From: a bacterium
Lineage (GTDB): Bacteria > Actinomycetota > Acidimicrobiia > Spongiisociales > JAENVV01
Reading direction: 5' to 3'
DNA: 64,000 nucleotides
NCBI GenBank assembly: GCA_024641305.1
Contig: JAHEDI010000007.1
Span: 11,142-75,141, forward strand
Numbering within the stretch: position 1 is the first letter of the stretch; every line of letters starts with the position of its first letter. A program made the position numbers and the translations under genes. The notes under the pieces are model-generated. The model did not search any database, was not told the DNA's origin, and was given only the letters and a program-made list of their open reading frames with translations. This document shows, in pieces, positions 19,654-28,749 of this stretch.

Positions 19654-20123
19654 GGCATGACGGCCGTTCCGTAACACAGCACCTCACTCATGGCGGCCGA
19701 CTTACCCCTCGCCTGCCCGATCTGGGAAGTCTCAAACCGAACATTGATGACCGCCACGGCATCAAGCTTGCGAGCGTCCTCGATCATTCTCAAACGGGCC
19801 TCGGCCTTGGCTCGTTGCATCATGGTTTGGTACGACTTCATTTCGCCTCCGAAGATCTGGCGGTATTGGGCAAAGAAGTTCTTGAGATAGTCCGAGGCGA
19901 TGACCACCTGCCCCGTAACGAGAGTACTGCGGCTCGCCGTCATGCCGGCGGGCAAGAGCGACAGGTCGATTACCGGGAAATTGCGGTGAATGGCTTCTCG
20001 CCGAGCGATATCTTCAAAGTGATTCTTCTCACGGATCCGTCCGGTGATGATGAAGGCGATCGGCAGTCCGATGACCACCAGCATCCACAACAATAGGAAG
20101 ACCACTCCTGCAGTATCGTTCAT
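19650..20123 (-). CDS. YbjQ/UPF0145 domain protein with N-terminal TM anchor
   Basis: IFGGEMKSY, EARLRM, INVRFETS and EVLCYGTAV motifs. Confidence 0.85.
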   Translation of the reverse strand: MNDTAGVVFLLLWMLVVIGLPIAFIITGRIREKNHFEDIARREAIHRNFPVIDLSLLPAGMTASRSTLVTGQVVIASDYLKNFFAQYRQIFGGEMKSYQTMMQRAKAEARLRMIEDARKLDAVAVINVRFETSQIGQARGKSAAMSEVLCYGTAVMP

Positions 20124-20125
20124 CG

Positions 20126-20449
20126 CTAGGTCACGGGTTCAACGGTGACGGCGGTTCCGTAGGCATAGAGCTCTGCTGCCCCGGCAGCAACAGAAGATGT
20201 CGTGAATCGAACATTCAATATCGCGTTGGCACCAAGCTGTTGAGCCTGAGCCATCATTCGCTCCATCGCCTGTCGGCGCGACTCGGTAAGGAGCTCCGTG
20301 TACGCCGTCAATTCGCCGCCAACCAGATTCTTCAGACCCGCCCCGATGTCGCGGCCCAGATGCTTGGCCCGAATGGTATTGCCTTGGACGAGCCCTTTCA
20401 GGGCGATAATCCGGTGCCCTGGAATGGTTTCAGTGTTCACGACAATCAT
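20126..20449 (-). CDS. YbjQ/UPF0145 family protein; start corrected to ATG 20449
   Basis: MIVVNTETIPG, GRDIGAGLKNLVGGELTAYT, GANAILNVRF and YAYGTAV motifs; SD GAGG upstream. Confidence 0.92.
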   Translation of the reverse strand: MIVVNTETIPGHRIIALKGLVQGNTIRAKHLGRDIGAGLKNLVGGELTAYTELLTESRRQAMERMMAQAQQLGANAILNVRFTTSSVAAGAAELYAYGTAVTVEPVT

Positions 20450-20548
20450 AAAGAATCCCTCTGTTCGACTACCGCCCAGACGCCTCAACGACCGGACCGG
20501 TTCCCCACCAGGGTACGATCTGGCCGAGCCAAAAACGAGGACACCAAC

Positions 20549-21850
20549 GTGATTGAGCGGTACAGCCTCCCGGATATGTCCCATATCTGGTCGGAAGAAC
20601 ACAAGTACACACTGTGGAAAGAAGTCGAAACCCTGGTCGTCGAGGCATGGGTGGAACTGGGCGTAGCGCCTGCCGCGGCAGCCGCAGCCGTCCGGGCTGC
20701 TCCCGAAGTGACCCCGTCCCAGGTGGCCGATCGAGAGGCCGTTACGAATCATGATGTCGCGGCGTTCGTCGATGTGCTGGCCGCATCGACCGGTGATGGG
20801 GGCGAGTGGGTTCATTACGGGCTTACCTCCTCGGACGTGCTCGACACCGCCGGAGGGGTTCGTTTGCGAGAGGCCGCTGATCTACTCCTCGACAAAGTCG
20901 CCGTCCTGCACGCCACGGTCAAAGCCAAAGCCCTCGAACATCGGGCCACCCCGATGATCGGGCGAACCCATGGGATCTGGGCTGAACCCACCACGTTTGG
21001 ACTCAAGCTGGCCAACTGGGCCTTCGAACTCGAGCGGGACCATCGGCGCCTTTCAGCAGCTCGGAAGGCGGTGGCGGTCGGAAAAATATCCGGAGCGGTC
21101 GGCACCTATGCCCACACGCCTCCAGCGGTTGAGAGCTACGTGTGTGAACGCCTGGGCATCGACATCGAGCCGGCCTCAAGCCAAGTCACCATGCGTGACC
21201 GTCATGCTGAATTCCTGCAGGCCATCGCTTTGACCGGAGCGGCCGTCGAGCGGTTTGCCACCGAGATCCGCCACCTCCAGCGTTCCGAAGTCGGGGAGGC
21301 CGGCGAAGCTTTCCGGACCGGGCAGAAGGGGTCATCGGCGATGCCTCACAAACGCAACCCGATCATGTCCGAACGTATGACCGGCATGGCTCGCCTGCTG
21401 CGCGGGTACGCCCAGGTGGGACTTGAGAACGTTGCCCTGTGGCATGAGCGAGATATCAGCCACTCATCTGCCGAACGCGTCGCCATACCGGACGCATGTG
21501 GAACGCTGAACTACATGCTGGAAAGGTTCAACGGTCTCGTCGAAAACCTGCGAGTGGACACCGCCCGAATGCAAGCCAACCTCGACATGACTGGAGGTCT
21601 GGTTTTCTCTCAGGCCGTGTTGCTCGAACTCATCGATAGCGGGCTGAGTCGCGACGAGGCCTACCGGATCGTCCAGAAGAACGCCATGGAGACCTGGGAG
21701 AACGGCGGCAATCTGCATGATCGTTTACTGGCCGACCCGGACGTGACGCTGTCCGAGGACGTCCTGGCGGTTTGCTTCACGGTGAAACGGTTCCTACGCA
21801 ACGCCGACGTCGTGTTTGAGCGACTCGCCGGGTCCGATCTGCCTGGCTAG
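20549..21850 (+). CDS. purB: Adenylosuccinate lyase; start corrected to GTG 20549
   Basis: IERYS, HYGLTSSD, GRTHG, GSSAMPHKRNP and ERDISHSS motifs; SD GAGG. Confidence 0.96.
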   Translation: MIERYSLPDMSHIWSEEHKYTLWKEVETLVVEAWVELGVAPAAAAAAVRAAPEVTPSQVADREAVTNHDVAAFVDVLAASTGDGGEWVHYGLTSSDVLDTAGGVRLREAADLLLDKVAVLHATVKAKALEHRATPMIGRTHGIWAEPTTFGLKLANWAFELERDHRRLSAARKAVAVGKISGAVGTYAHTPPAVESYVCERLGIDIEPASSQVTMRDRHAEFLQAIALTGAAVERFATEIRHLQRSEVGEAGEAFRTGQKGSSAMPHKRNPIMSERMTGMARLLRGYAQVGLENVALWHERDISHSSAERVAIPDACGTLNYMLERFNGLVENLRVDTARMQANLDMTGGLVFSQAVLLELIDSGLSRDEAYRIVQKNAMETWENGGNLHDRLLADPDVTLSEDVLAVCFTVKRFLRNADVVFERLAGSDLPG

Positions 21851-23010
21851 GGCGCAGCGGGTGGGTAAACCTCCGCAAGAACCGCATTAAACGACTCAGT
21901 CGGGGCGAGCACCAGGGCACCCTGCGGCGTCCGGTAATTGTCGTAGTCGAGCGAAATTCGGTTGACCTGCGACTTGCCAAGCCCCCGGTAGTGCCAGGCG
22001 AGCGCCAGCGCGTTCGTAAACGAGAGCCCGGAGTCGAGACGCACCGAGTTCGACAACGAGTTTGCCACCGACTGGAACGACGACAGTGACGAAAACGAAG
22101 TGAGCTTGTGAGCGATCAAAAACAGGACGTCTTGCTCTTTACGTTGGCGGGTAAAGTCCGACGCTCCGATCGCCACCCACTGATCATCCACCAGCTGTTC
22201 GGTACTTCGAGAACGCACCCAGGCCAGGGTGGTCGCACCATTGGCTCGAATACACCCGGCCTCGACTTCCAACTTTGACTTGGCATCACGGGTCGGGTGA
22301 TCGAAGCAGAGTTCAACCCCACCAAGTACGTCGATCACTTTGGCAAACCCTTCAAAATTCACGAGGGCAAAATGGTCGATCGTAATTCCTGTGAAATCTG
22401 CCACCGTGAGCGCCAGCAAGGTTGGGCCGTTGGCAACACCTTTGCATCCACCGAGGTTGGCGTTGACCCGTGAGAACTCGCCGGTGCAGGCATTCGGAAT
22501 GTATAGGTCACGCGGCAACGACATCATGATCGGAGCTGCCCCATCCGTCGGCTGAAGCATCAAGATGATGACATCAGCCAGATAACCGGACGCGTCGGCC
22601 CCAATGATCAAGTACGAGTTAAACATGTCGTCTGGCAATGGCGGGTTCGTCGCGAACGGGTTCTTGTACTTCGATTCCTCCACCAGCCGGGCTTGGGCGG
22701 CGGCCGCCTCCATGATGTCTTTCAAAACCTGATCATCGAGCCTGGCGAGTTCTTCGGCGAGCATGGCCTGCTCGATGGCGGCGATGTCAATCCCGGCGGC
22801 GGCCACCTCGTCATCGGTCAGCTGTTCACGAGCCAGCACCGATTTGGTCGGGTCATATTCGACCCGATCGGCTTCAAACCGACCAGCCAGGTTGAGAACC
22901 CAGAGGGCGGTTGCCGCCGATAGCAAAGCAATCAAAGCCATCAAATATCGAATCCAATGCACCGAACGAACCACTTCCACAACCGACCGGCGCTTACTAC
23001 TGTTTGTCAT
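21847..23010 (-). CDS. LytR-CpsA-Psr (LCP) family cell-wall protein
   Basis: N-terminal TM; LIIGAD, ADVII, SLPRDL, IDHFALVNF, VRSR and DFTRQRKEQ motifs. Confidence 0.88.
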   Translation of the reverse strand: MTNSSKRRSVVEVVRSVHWIRYLMALIALLSAATALWVLNLAGRFEADRVEYDPTKSVLAREQLTDDEVAAAGIDIAAIEQAMLAEELARLDDQVLKDIMEAAAAQARLVEESKYKNPFATNPPLPDDMFNSYLIIGADASGYLADVIILMLQPTDGAAPIMMSLPRDLYIPNACTGEFSRVNANLGGCKGVANGPTLLALTVADFTGITIDHFALVNFEGFAKVIDVLGGVELCFDHPTRDAKSKLEVEAGCIRANGATTLAWVRSRSTEQLVDDQWVAIGASDFTRQRKEQDVLFLIAHKLTSFSSLSSFQSVANSLSNSVRLDSGLSFTNALALAWHYRGLGKSQVNRISLDYDNYRTPQGALVLAPTESFNAVLAEVYPPAAP

Positions 23011-23059
23011 CGCCGAGCGATGGTAGCGGGCCGTCGGGCCGTCCCTGAAGTCACTAGCT

Positions 23060-23270
23060 CGTCGAGCCGACTACGACGACGTTTCCTCCAGATAGGCGTC
23101 CAAATCGTCAGACGCCTTCGTCAACGTCCCTGACCTATCCTCAGGGATCCCGGCAAGAACCCTTCCCAGCCCGATCATGCTCGACTGTTCATCCACTCCG
23201 CCGGGCGGGTTTGGGCTCGGGGACGGGCCCGAACGAGAACGTTGACAACGGAACACGCCACGGCTGTTGG
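23060..23270. ncRNA. Candidate structured non-coding RNA of unknown family (minus strand favoured)
   Basis: Nested complementary segments: 23065-69/23261-65, 23095-100/23111-16, 23120-27/23239-46, 23127-33/23141-47, 23165-73/23202-09 and 23210-19/23224-33, in a 320-nt gap between divergent genes. Confidence 0.5.
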
Positions 23271-23331
23271 ATGGGGCCTACTCATGCGAGTATCAACCCG
23301 ACACCCGACCTACCTGTTCCCCGGAGCCAGA

Positions 23332-24135
23332 ATGTTCGCTGACCAACCTGACCGGCCAGCCGTTGAAGCAGCCACCATCATGCTGATCCGCGATGCCCCA
23401 ACCCTCGAAGTGTTCCTGCTCGAACGCCATCTGGACTCGGATTTCGTCGGCGGGGCCTGGGTATTTCCTGGCGGCAAGGTCGACCCCATGGATCGGACAA
23501 TCCCGACTCAACTGCTGGCGGGCGAACCTCCGGCCTCTCTCAGAGCCGCAGTAGGCGACGAAATGGCTACTGCGCTGGCCGTGGCTGCCATCCGCGAGAT
23601 GTTCGAGGAGGCCGGGGTCCTCCTGGCGGCGACTCCTGACGGTTTCGTCGAAGCGGAGTGGCTTCGACGATCCTCGTTTGTCTATGCACGCAACGAACTC
23701 ACCACGCGGGGGAGTACCTGGGACTGGACTGCGTGGCTCCTCGACGAACGACTCCGCCTCGACCTATCGGCGATCGCTTGGTGGTCCTGGTGGGTAACCC
23801 CGCGAGGTGTTCACCGGAGATTCGATACGAAATTCTTCGTGGCGACGTTGCCGGGCGACCAGGAACCACTGCACGACAACGTCGAAACGACGAACTCCCG
23901 GTGGATGAGGCCCGGCGCGGCCTTGGAGGCGGCTCGGTCAGGTTCGGTGTCCATCATCCTCCCAACGAGGAAGAACCTTGATCAGCTTGGAAGATACGAG
24001 ACCACTTGCCAGGCGATGAAGGCTGCCGGTGAGCCAGGATTCGAGCGCCCGCGCATCGAACCTTCGGTGATACTCGGCGACGACGGCCAGGTCTACGTTC
24101 ATCACGCCACATTTGATCAGGCCGAATCCGTCTAG
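23332..24135 (+). CDS. NUDIX hydrolase (Nudt19/CoA-pyrophosphatase-like); start uncertain
   Basis: AATIMLIRD, WVFPGGKVD, AAIREMFEEAG and WVTP..RRFDTKFF motifs. Confidence 0.85.
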   Translation: MFADQPDRPAVEAATIMLIRDAPTLEVFLLERHLDSDFVGGAWVFPGGKVDPMDRTIPTQLLAGEPPASLRAAVGDEMATALAVAAIREMFEEAGVLLAATPDGFVEAEWLRRSSFVYARNELTTRGSTWDWTAWLLDERLRLDLSAIAWWSWWVTPRGVHRRFDTKFFVATLPGDQEPLHDNVETTNSRWMRPGAALEAARSGSVSIILPTRKNLDQLGRYETTCQAMKAAGEPGFERPRIEPSVILGDDGQVYVHHATFDQAESV

Positions 24136-24144
24136 CATAAGCTC

Positions 24145-24402
24145 ATGGCAATCGTCATAGAAAACACTCCCAACCCGAACGCCTTGAAATTCACCGTCGG
24201 GGTGCCGGTTGGCGGGCCCAAAACCTACCTTCCGGGTCAGACGGACGGAAACGAACTTGCCGAAGGCCTTGTGACGATTCCCGGCGTGATTTCGTGTTTC
24301 ATGACTGCCGACTTCGTGACCATCAGTAAACTTCCTGATGCGGATTGGACCCTCATTGCGCCGGTAGCCGAGAAGCTCCTGGCGGAGCATTTCCACTCCT
24401 AG
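24145..24402 (+). CDS. NifU N-terminal (scaffold) domain protein
   Basis: ENTPNPNALKF and DFVTISK...DW motifs. Confidence 0.85.
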   Translation: MAIVIENTPNPNALKFTVGVPVGGPKTYLPGQTDGNELAEGLVTIPGVISCFMTADFVTISKLPDADWTLIAPVAEKLLAEHFHS

Positions 24403-25187
24403 TCAGTGATCTCAAGGACCAGGGCGAACCCTCGCTCGTCGCGAACAACCACGTTCCATCCCAACTCGTCCTGCCACGCTCCGACCACCTCGTCCCCCGG
24501 TCGAAGCGGAGAAGCCTGCAGAAGGGTGGCTGGCAGGTCGACCAAAGGGTGATCATCGACGACGACAGCGAGCTCCCCACCCGAACCGACACGACGGACC
24601 GGCAGGCTGACGTATGTAGTGCCTTCAACGGTGGAAACTTCTATCGCATACTCGTAAACCGGCAGACGGCGCGGCTCGGTACCCAGTTCGAGCAGACCGA
24701 CTCGCATCGTCACCAGCCATCGGTCTAGCTCGCCCGACTCTTCGACGGCCAGCAACGTGATCCATTCGACGTATACCGAACCGACCGGCTCGCCATATGG
24801 ATGGAGTTCAGGTCGAAGGCCGCCGAGATAGTCCCGCAGGAACTCGACAGCGACTCCACCTGCGAACTCCCGGCCTGGATGAGGAACGATCGCTCGCAAA
24901 TCGGCCTCGGCATACCCAACCGGGGACGGCACCGTCGGGGGAGGGCCTGCGGGCTCGGCCTCGAGCAATGTTGTTGCCACCCCTTCAGGGCCGGCCAAGG
25001 CCACAGGTTCTGTCTGGAAACTCGAGCCACGCCCGAGTGCCAGCCAAGCGACTACCAGAGCTCCTGCGACTACTGCGATTCCCATACCTGCCAGGCGAAG
25101 CTGAATCGTCGTTGATTGCCCGGGACTTCGGCGCAATTGGTCCCACGGAACGAATTCGACCCGTTCCCGCTCTTCTGTCGGCTCCAT
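24399..25187 (-). CDS. Hypothetical single-pass membrane protein; start corrected to ATG 25187
   Basis: SD GGAG; one TM, Pro-rich linker and globular C-terminal domain; TTGATT-17-TACGGT promoter upstream. Confidence 0.7.
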   Translation of the reverse strand: MEPTEERERVEFVPWDQLRRSPGQSTTIQLRLAGMGIAVVAGALVVAWLALGRGSSFQTEPVALAGPEGVATTLLEAEPAGPPPTVPSPVGYAEADLRAIVPHPGREFAGGVAVEFLRDYLGGLRPELHPYGEPVGSVYVEWITLLAVEESGELDRWLVTMRVGLLELGTEPRRLPVYEYAIEVSTVEGTTYVSLPVRRVGSGGELAVVVDDHPLVDLPATLLQASPLRPGDEVVGAWQDELGWNVVVRDERGFALVLEITD

Positions 25188-25302
25188 ATCTGGCTCCGTT
25201 CCTGCCGGGGAAGCGTTGGAGAGCCCGACCGTATGACACTCTGTTACATGAATCAAGATGTTCAACGGGAACTCCGGCGCAGTCGGCTATCGTTCAAACC
25301 GC

Positions 25303-25914
25303 ATGACAACCACAAAGGCAGACCCAAAGCCCGGGAGGTGGATCCTCCCACTCGTGATCATCGGCATGGTGATCTTCACCTACGTATTCGTCGGCAACAT
25401 CCGCAACAACACGCAGCCGGCCGACATTTCCGTCAGTCTTGGATCAGGTAGCACCGATACCACCGAGCCGGATACGGGGACTTCCACCCCTTCAACTTCT
25501 CAGCCGTCCGGGGTGGTGGTCGACACCGAATCGGTCGCCTACCTGGCAGATATCGCCGAACTCGATGCCAATCTGACAATCCTTTACACATCGATGCTGC
25601 AAACGAATGCCGATTTTGACGCCAGGACCGTGGCGTATGCGGAAGCCCGTGACACGATCCGCGACACGATCAACCCCGCGTTCGTTGCATGGGCTGCACA
25701 AGTCAAAGCAACGGTCGCGCCCGAATCGAATACCACCCTTACTGCGCTCGGAGCGGAGCTGGCCGGGCGGGCTGACGCCATCGTCAAAGCTTCCAGCGAC
25801 ATTCTCGCCGGACTCCAGTCGTCAGACACCGGTGAGGCCCGGGCTGCTGCCCAAGCGGACCTCAAGACGCAGGTCGAAGGATTCAACGCCGCCGTGGCCG
25901 CCGCCAACAGCTAG
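25303..25914 (+). CDS. Hypothetical membrane-anchored helical protein
   Basis: TATCGT box 10 nt before ATG 25303; TM, Thr/Ser linker and Ala-rich helical domain. Confidence 0.75.
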   Translation: MTTTKADPKPGRWILPLVIIGMVIFTYVFVGNIRNNTQPADISVSLGSGSTDTTEPDTGTSTPSTSQPSGVVVDTESVAYLADIAELDANLTILYTSMLQTNADFDARTVAYAEARDTIRDTINPAFVAWAAQVKATVAPESNTTLTALGAELAGRADAIVKASSDILAGLQSSDTGEARAAAQADLKTQVEGFNAAVAAANS

Positions 25915-25932
25915 GCCAAACCAGGCAAGCGA

Positions 25933-26532
25933 TTACCCGAACCTGCGAGCCAGGACGACTCGCAGACGATGTTCGCCGACCCCTCCAACGAACCACCACA
26001 ATCCGGTCGCCAGCGCCCCCGAAACGAACGAGCCCAACACGACCAGATAAGTACGTTGGGCGGCGGTTCCGAATTCGAGCAATGTCCCCCACCCGGCCCA
26101 CAACCCAACGACCATCGCCCACACGCCGGTGGCAGTAACCAGGATCGTCATGAACGAAAACCACGAGAATGGCCTGCCGATCGGCACCGTGACGACCTTT
26201 CGAGCGTCCAAGGGAAACAAATAGGAATTCTCTAGTGACGCCCCAACGAGCACCCCCTCGGCACCATTGTCATTTAGGAATTTCTCGAGAGCGGCCGCGT
26301 AGTGTCTCGCCATGATCAGGTAGCTGGCGTCAAAAGCAGTCTGGGTGCCAGCCCAAAGACAAACGAACGGCACCACCAAGAACATCTCTGGGACTCCCCA
26401 CCAACCGAGCCCCAACAGGAAAATGACCAGAACCATCGCCAGGCGCACATCACGGAAGAACATCCGGTGATACATGCCCACCATGGCACGCATACGGCCA
26501 AGCTGGTGGCTGGCGTGCTCCTGGGCGCCCAT
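25933..26532 (-). CDS. Hypothetical membrane protein (about 4 TM) downstream of the anti-sigma gene
   Basis: ATG 26532 lies 10 nt after the anti-sigma stop; hydrophobic pairs flank FDASYLIMARHYA. Confidence 0.7.
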   Translation of the reverse strand: MGAQEHASHQLGRMRAMVGMYHRMFFRDVRLAMVLVIFLLGLGWWGVPEMFLVVPFVCLWAGTQTAFDASYLIMARHYAAALEKFLNDNGAEGVLVGASLENSYLFPLDARKVVTVPIGRPFSWFSFMTILVTATGVWAMVVGLWAGWGTLLEFGTAAQRTYLVVLGSFVSGALATGLWWFVGGVGEHRLRVVLARRFG

Positions 26533-26542
26533 CTGGGCCAAC

Positions 26543-27265
26543 TCAGGCCCCCGCCAGCCATACCGCGGCGGGTTCCTGGTCTGATACGACCACTCCACCA
26601 AACTGCTCCACCGTCAGGGCCAGAACAGCCACTTGCCCCTCAATGCGTAGCGAGGCGACGTGCGGGTTGGGCCCAAGGACTGCAGCACTAACGACCTCAC
26701 CGTCGATGACCGCCCAAAGCTGATAGGTGTGATCCCCGGGGAGTGGTGGCAGGGTATTTTCAACGATCAAAGCCGAACCATCAGGCTGGATGACGAAGGT
26801 AATGGACCCGCCTGGACCGGAGAGCACGGCTGTGCGAGCGTACGGACTGTCTATCGCAGTCGCTAGCAACCGATCCGGAGAGACCTCATCGAGTTGACGA
26901 CTCTGTCCTTCGATTGCGAGAGTCTGCCGGGCGATCGTTGCCTCCAAGGTGACGACTCGACGTTGCTGTATCACCGCAACACCAACGAGGGCAATGATTG
27001 CGGTGGCTGCCACCATTGACAACCAGGGCCAGGGTTGACCAGGCGATCGATCCGGAGTCTTGATGTCGCGAACGACCCGTTGCCAAAGCGACCACGGTAC
27101 GGCTGCCCCCTCGGCAAAGCTAGAGGCCGCCTCCTGGAAATGGCCCACCTCGGTGCGGCACATCGTGCAGATTTCAACGTGAGCCTCGATGACCTGACGT
27201 TCATCGTTATCTACGGCATCGAGCGAATACGCGCCGAGCAGCCCGATTATGTGATCGTGGTCCAC
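26543..27265 (-). CDS. Anti-sigma factor, RskA-like with zinc-binding (ZAS) motif
   Basis: LLGAYSLDA, HxxxCxxC, TM, and C-terminal YQLW..SAAV..ALTVE..GG motifs. Confidence 0.88.
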   Translation of the reverse strand: MDHDHIIGLLGAYSLDAVDNDERQVIEAHVEICTMCRTEVGHFQEAASSFAEGAAVPWSLWQRVVRDIKTPDRSPGQPWPWLSMVAATAIIALVGVAVIQQRRVVTLEATIARQTLAIEGQSRQLDEVSPDRLLATAIDSPYARTAVLSGPGGSITFVIQPDGSALIVENTLPPLPGDHTYQLWAVIDGEVVSAAVLGPNPHVASLRIEGQVAVLALTVEQFGGVVVSDQEPAAVWLAGA

Positions 27266-27273
27266 AACGAGAA

Positions 27274-27849
27274 CTAGGCGTTGACGACGCCGAGCTGACC
27301 CATCGATTCCTGAAGTCGGCTCAGCCCGCTGCGAATCCGGCTCTTGACCGTTCCTTCTGCCATCCCGAGTCGACCGGCAACTTCCCGATAGGTCAAACCG
27401 CCAAAGTACGCCAGTTCGATCACTTGTCGTTCACGCTCGGGGATCGTCTCCAGGGCGGATCGGACTTTCGCTGAAACTGTCATCTGCCAAACCTCTTCGT
27501 CGACACTCGGGACCGATTCAGCCCTCAACAAGGCGTCCCGTTCCTCTCGTGTACGTCGCGAAGACTCCGAGCGGATGACGTCGATTGCCCGGCTATGCGT
27601 CTTGGCGAGAAGAAATGAGCGCAAAGAACCGCGGGAACTGTCGAACGCCTCGGGTTTCTTCCAGAGAGACACGAATACATCTTGGGCGATGTCGCGAGAC
27701 AATTCCTCGTCCCTGATGATTCGCTTGGCAAGCCCGAACACCTGACCGCCATGACGACGATAGATCTCAGCAAGAGCTTCCTCGTCTCGTTCGGTCACCT
27801 CGTGTACAAGATCAGCGTCTTCAAAACTTGAGTCGTCCCGATACATCAT
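27274..27849 (-). CDS. ECF sigma factor (SigK-like); probable start ATG 27849
   Basis: DIAQDVFVSLW, FDSSRGS, RAID and ELAYFGGLTYREVA..GTVKSRIRSGL motifs; SD AAGGA. Confidence 0.9.
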   Translation of the reverse strand: MMYRDDSSFEDADLVHEVTERDEEALAEIYRRHGGQVFGLAKRIIRDEELSRDIAQDVFVSLWKKPEAFDSSRGSLRSFLLAKTHSRAIDVIRSESSRRTREERDALLRAESVPSVDEEVWQMTVSAKVRSALETIPERERQVIELAYFGGLTYREVAGRLGMAEGTVKSRIRSGLSRLQESMGQLGVVNA

Positions 27850-27867
27850 TGCTCGTCCTTCTTGGTG

Positions 27868-27923
27868 TGACATATTTTTAGCACTAAAACCGGTCATCTG
27901 TCAACTCAATCATGCGTTAGACT
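27868..27923. promoter_or_regulatory. Divergent promoter region with palindromic operator candidate
   Basis: TTTTAG-CA-CTAAAA at 27876-27889; minus-strand TTGACA at 27904-27899; plus-strand TAGACT at 27918-23, 7 nt before ATG 27931. Confidence 0.55.
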
Positions 27924-27930
27924 CACGAAC

Positions 27931-28749
27931 ATGACTGACGACGTTCTCTCCCTGCAGGCAGCCGCTGATGAATTGGGCGTCCACTACATGACCGCGTATC
28001 GCTATGTCCGTCTGGGAAAACTCGATGCCAATAAGTCGGGAGGGGTCTGGGAGGTGCGTCGGGCAGACCTCGACAACCTCATCAACTCGAATCGACAACA
28101 GCCGGCCCTAAAAAGCACTAAAGCGTGGGACAAGCAGCTGGAAACCGTCTTACTGAGCGGCGACGAAGCGGCCGCCTGGCAGGTTGTCGAAGCAGCACTG
28201 GCGTCAGGTCACGAGCCTTCTGAGATCTACTCCCAGATGATCTCGCCTGTCTTGCGAGATCTAGGTGCCCGGTGGCAACGGGGAGAAATCGATGTCGCCG
28301 ATGAGCACCGTGCCAGCCTTACGGCTGCCCGTCTGGTCGGGCGACTGTCACCGCGGTTCAACCGACGGGGAAGACCGAAGGGAACGTTTGTGGTCGCGGC
28401 CGCACCGGACGACTTCCACTCGCTGGCCGTCATGATGTTGAGCGACGAGATTCGGGGTGCGGGCTATCGAACTGTCGACCTCGGTGCGGCCGTACCGGTC
28501 GAGTCATTACGACGCACTGTGGCCGAGACTCATCCCCTCACGGCCGTCGCCATCACAGCGTTCAAACCAGACAATGAGGCGTCGATCCGAGCGGCCATTT
28601 CCGCAGCCCGTTCTGCCCAGGACGTTCCGATCTTCCTGGGTGGCCCGGCCATCGATGGCCCCAATCATGCCAAAGGCCTAGGAGCGACTGCCTACGCCAA
28701 TTCGGTCGAGGACGCTCTCGAAGTCCTGAACCAATCGTCGGACGGTTAA
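27931..28749 (+). CDS. Cobalamin-binding transcriptional regulator (excisionase-type HTH plus CarH/LitR-like B12 module)
   Basis: LSLQAAADELGVHYMTAYRYVRLGKL HTH; W-x9-EH (WQRGEIDVADEH); DFH cobalamin ligand; GGPA C-terminal motif. Confidence 0.85.
   Translation: MTDDVLSLQAAADELGVHYMTAYRYVRLGKLDANKSGGVWEVRRADLDNLINSNRQQPALKSTKAWDKQLETVLLSGDEAAAWQVVEAALASGHEPSEIYSQMISPVLRDLGARWQRGEIDVADEHRASLTAARLVGRLSPRFNRRGRPKGTFVVAAAPDDFHSLAVMMLSDEIRGAGYRTVDLGAAVPVESLRRTVAETHPLTAVAITAFKPDNEASIRAAISAARSAQDVPIFLGGPAIDGPNHAKGLGATAYANSVEDALEVLNQSSDG

Noticed and set aside
20240-20815. Extended overlapping ORFs for purB and ybjQ
   Set aside because: Mutual antisense run-through; family motifs begin at 20549 and 20449.
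27815-27830. tRNA-Sec anticodon-like CTTCAAA string
   Set aside because: It lies inside the sigma factor CDS with no cloverleaf around it.
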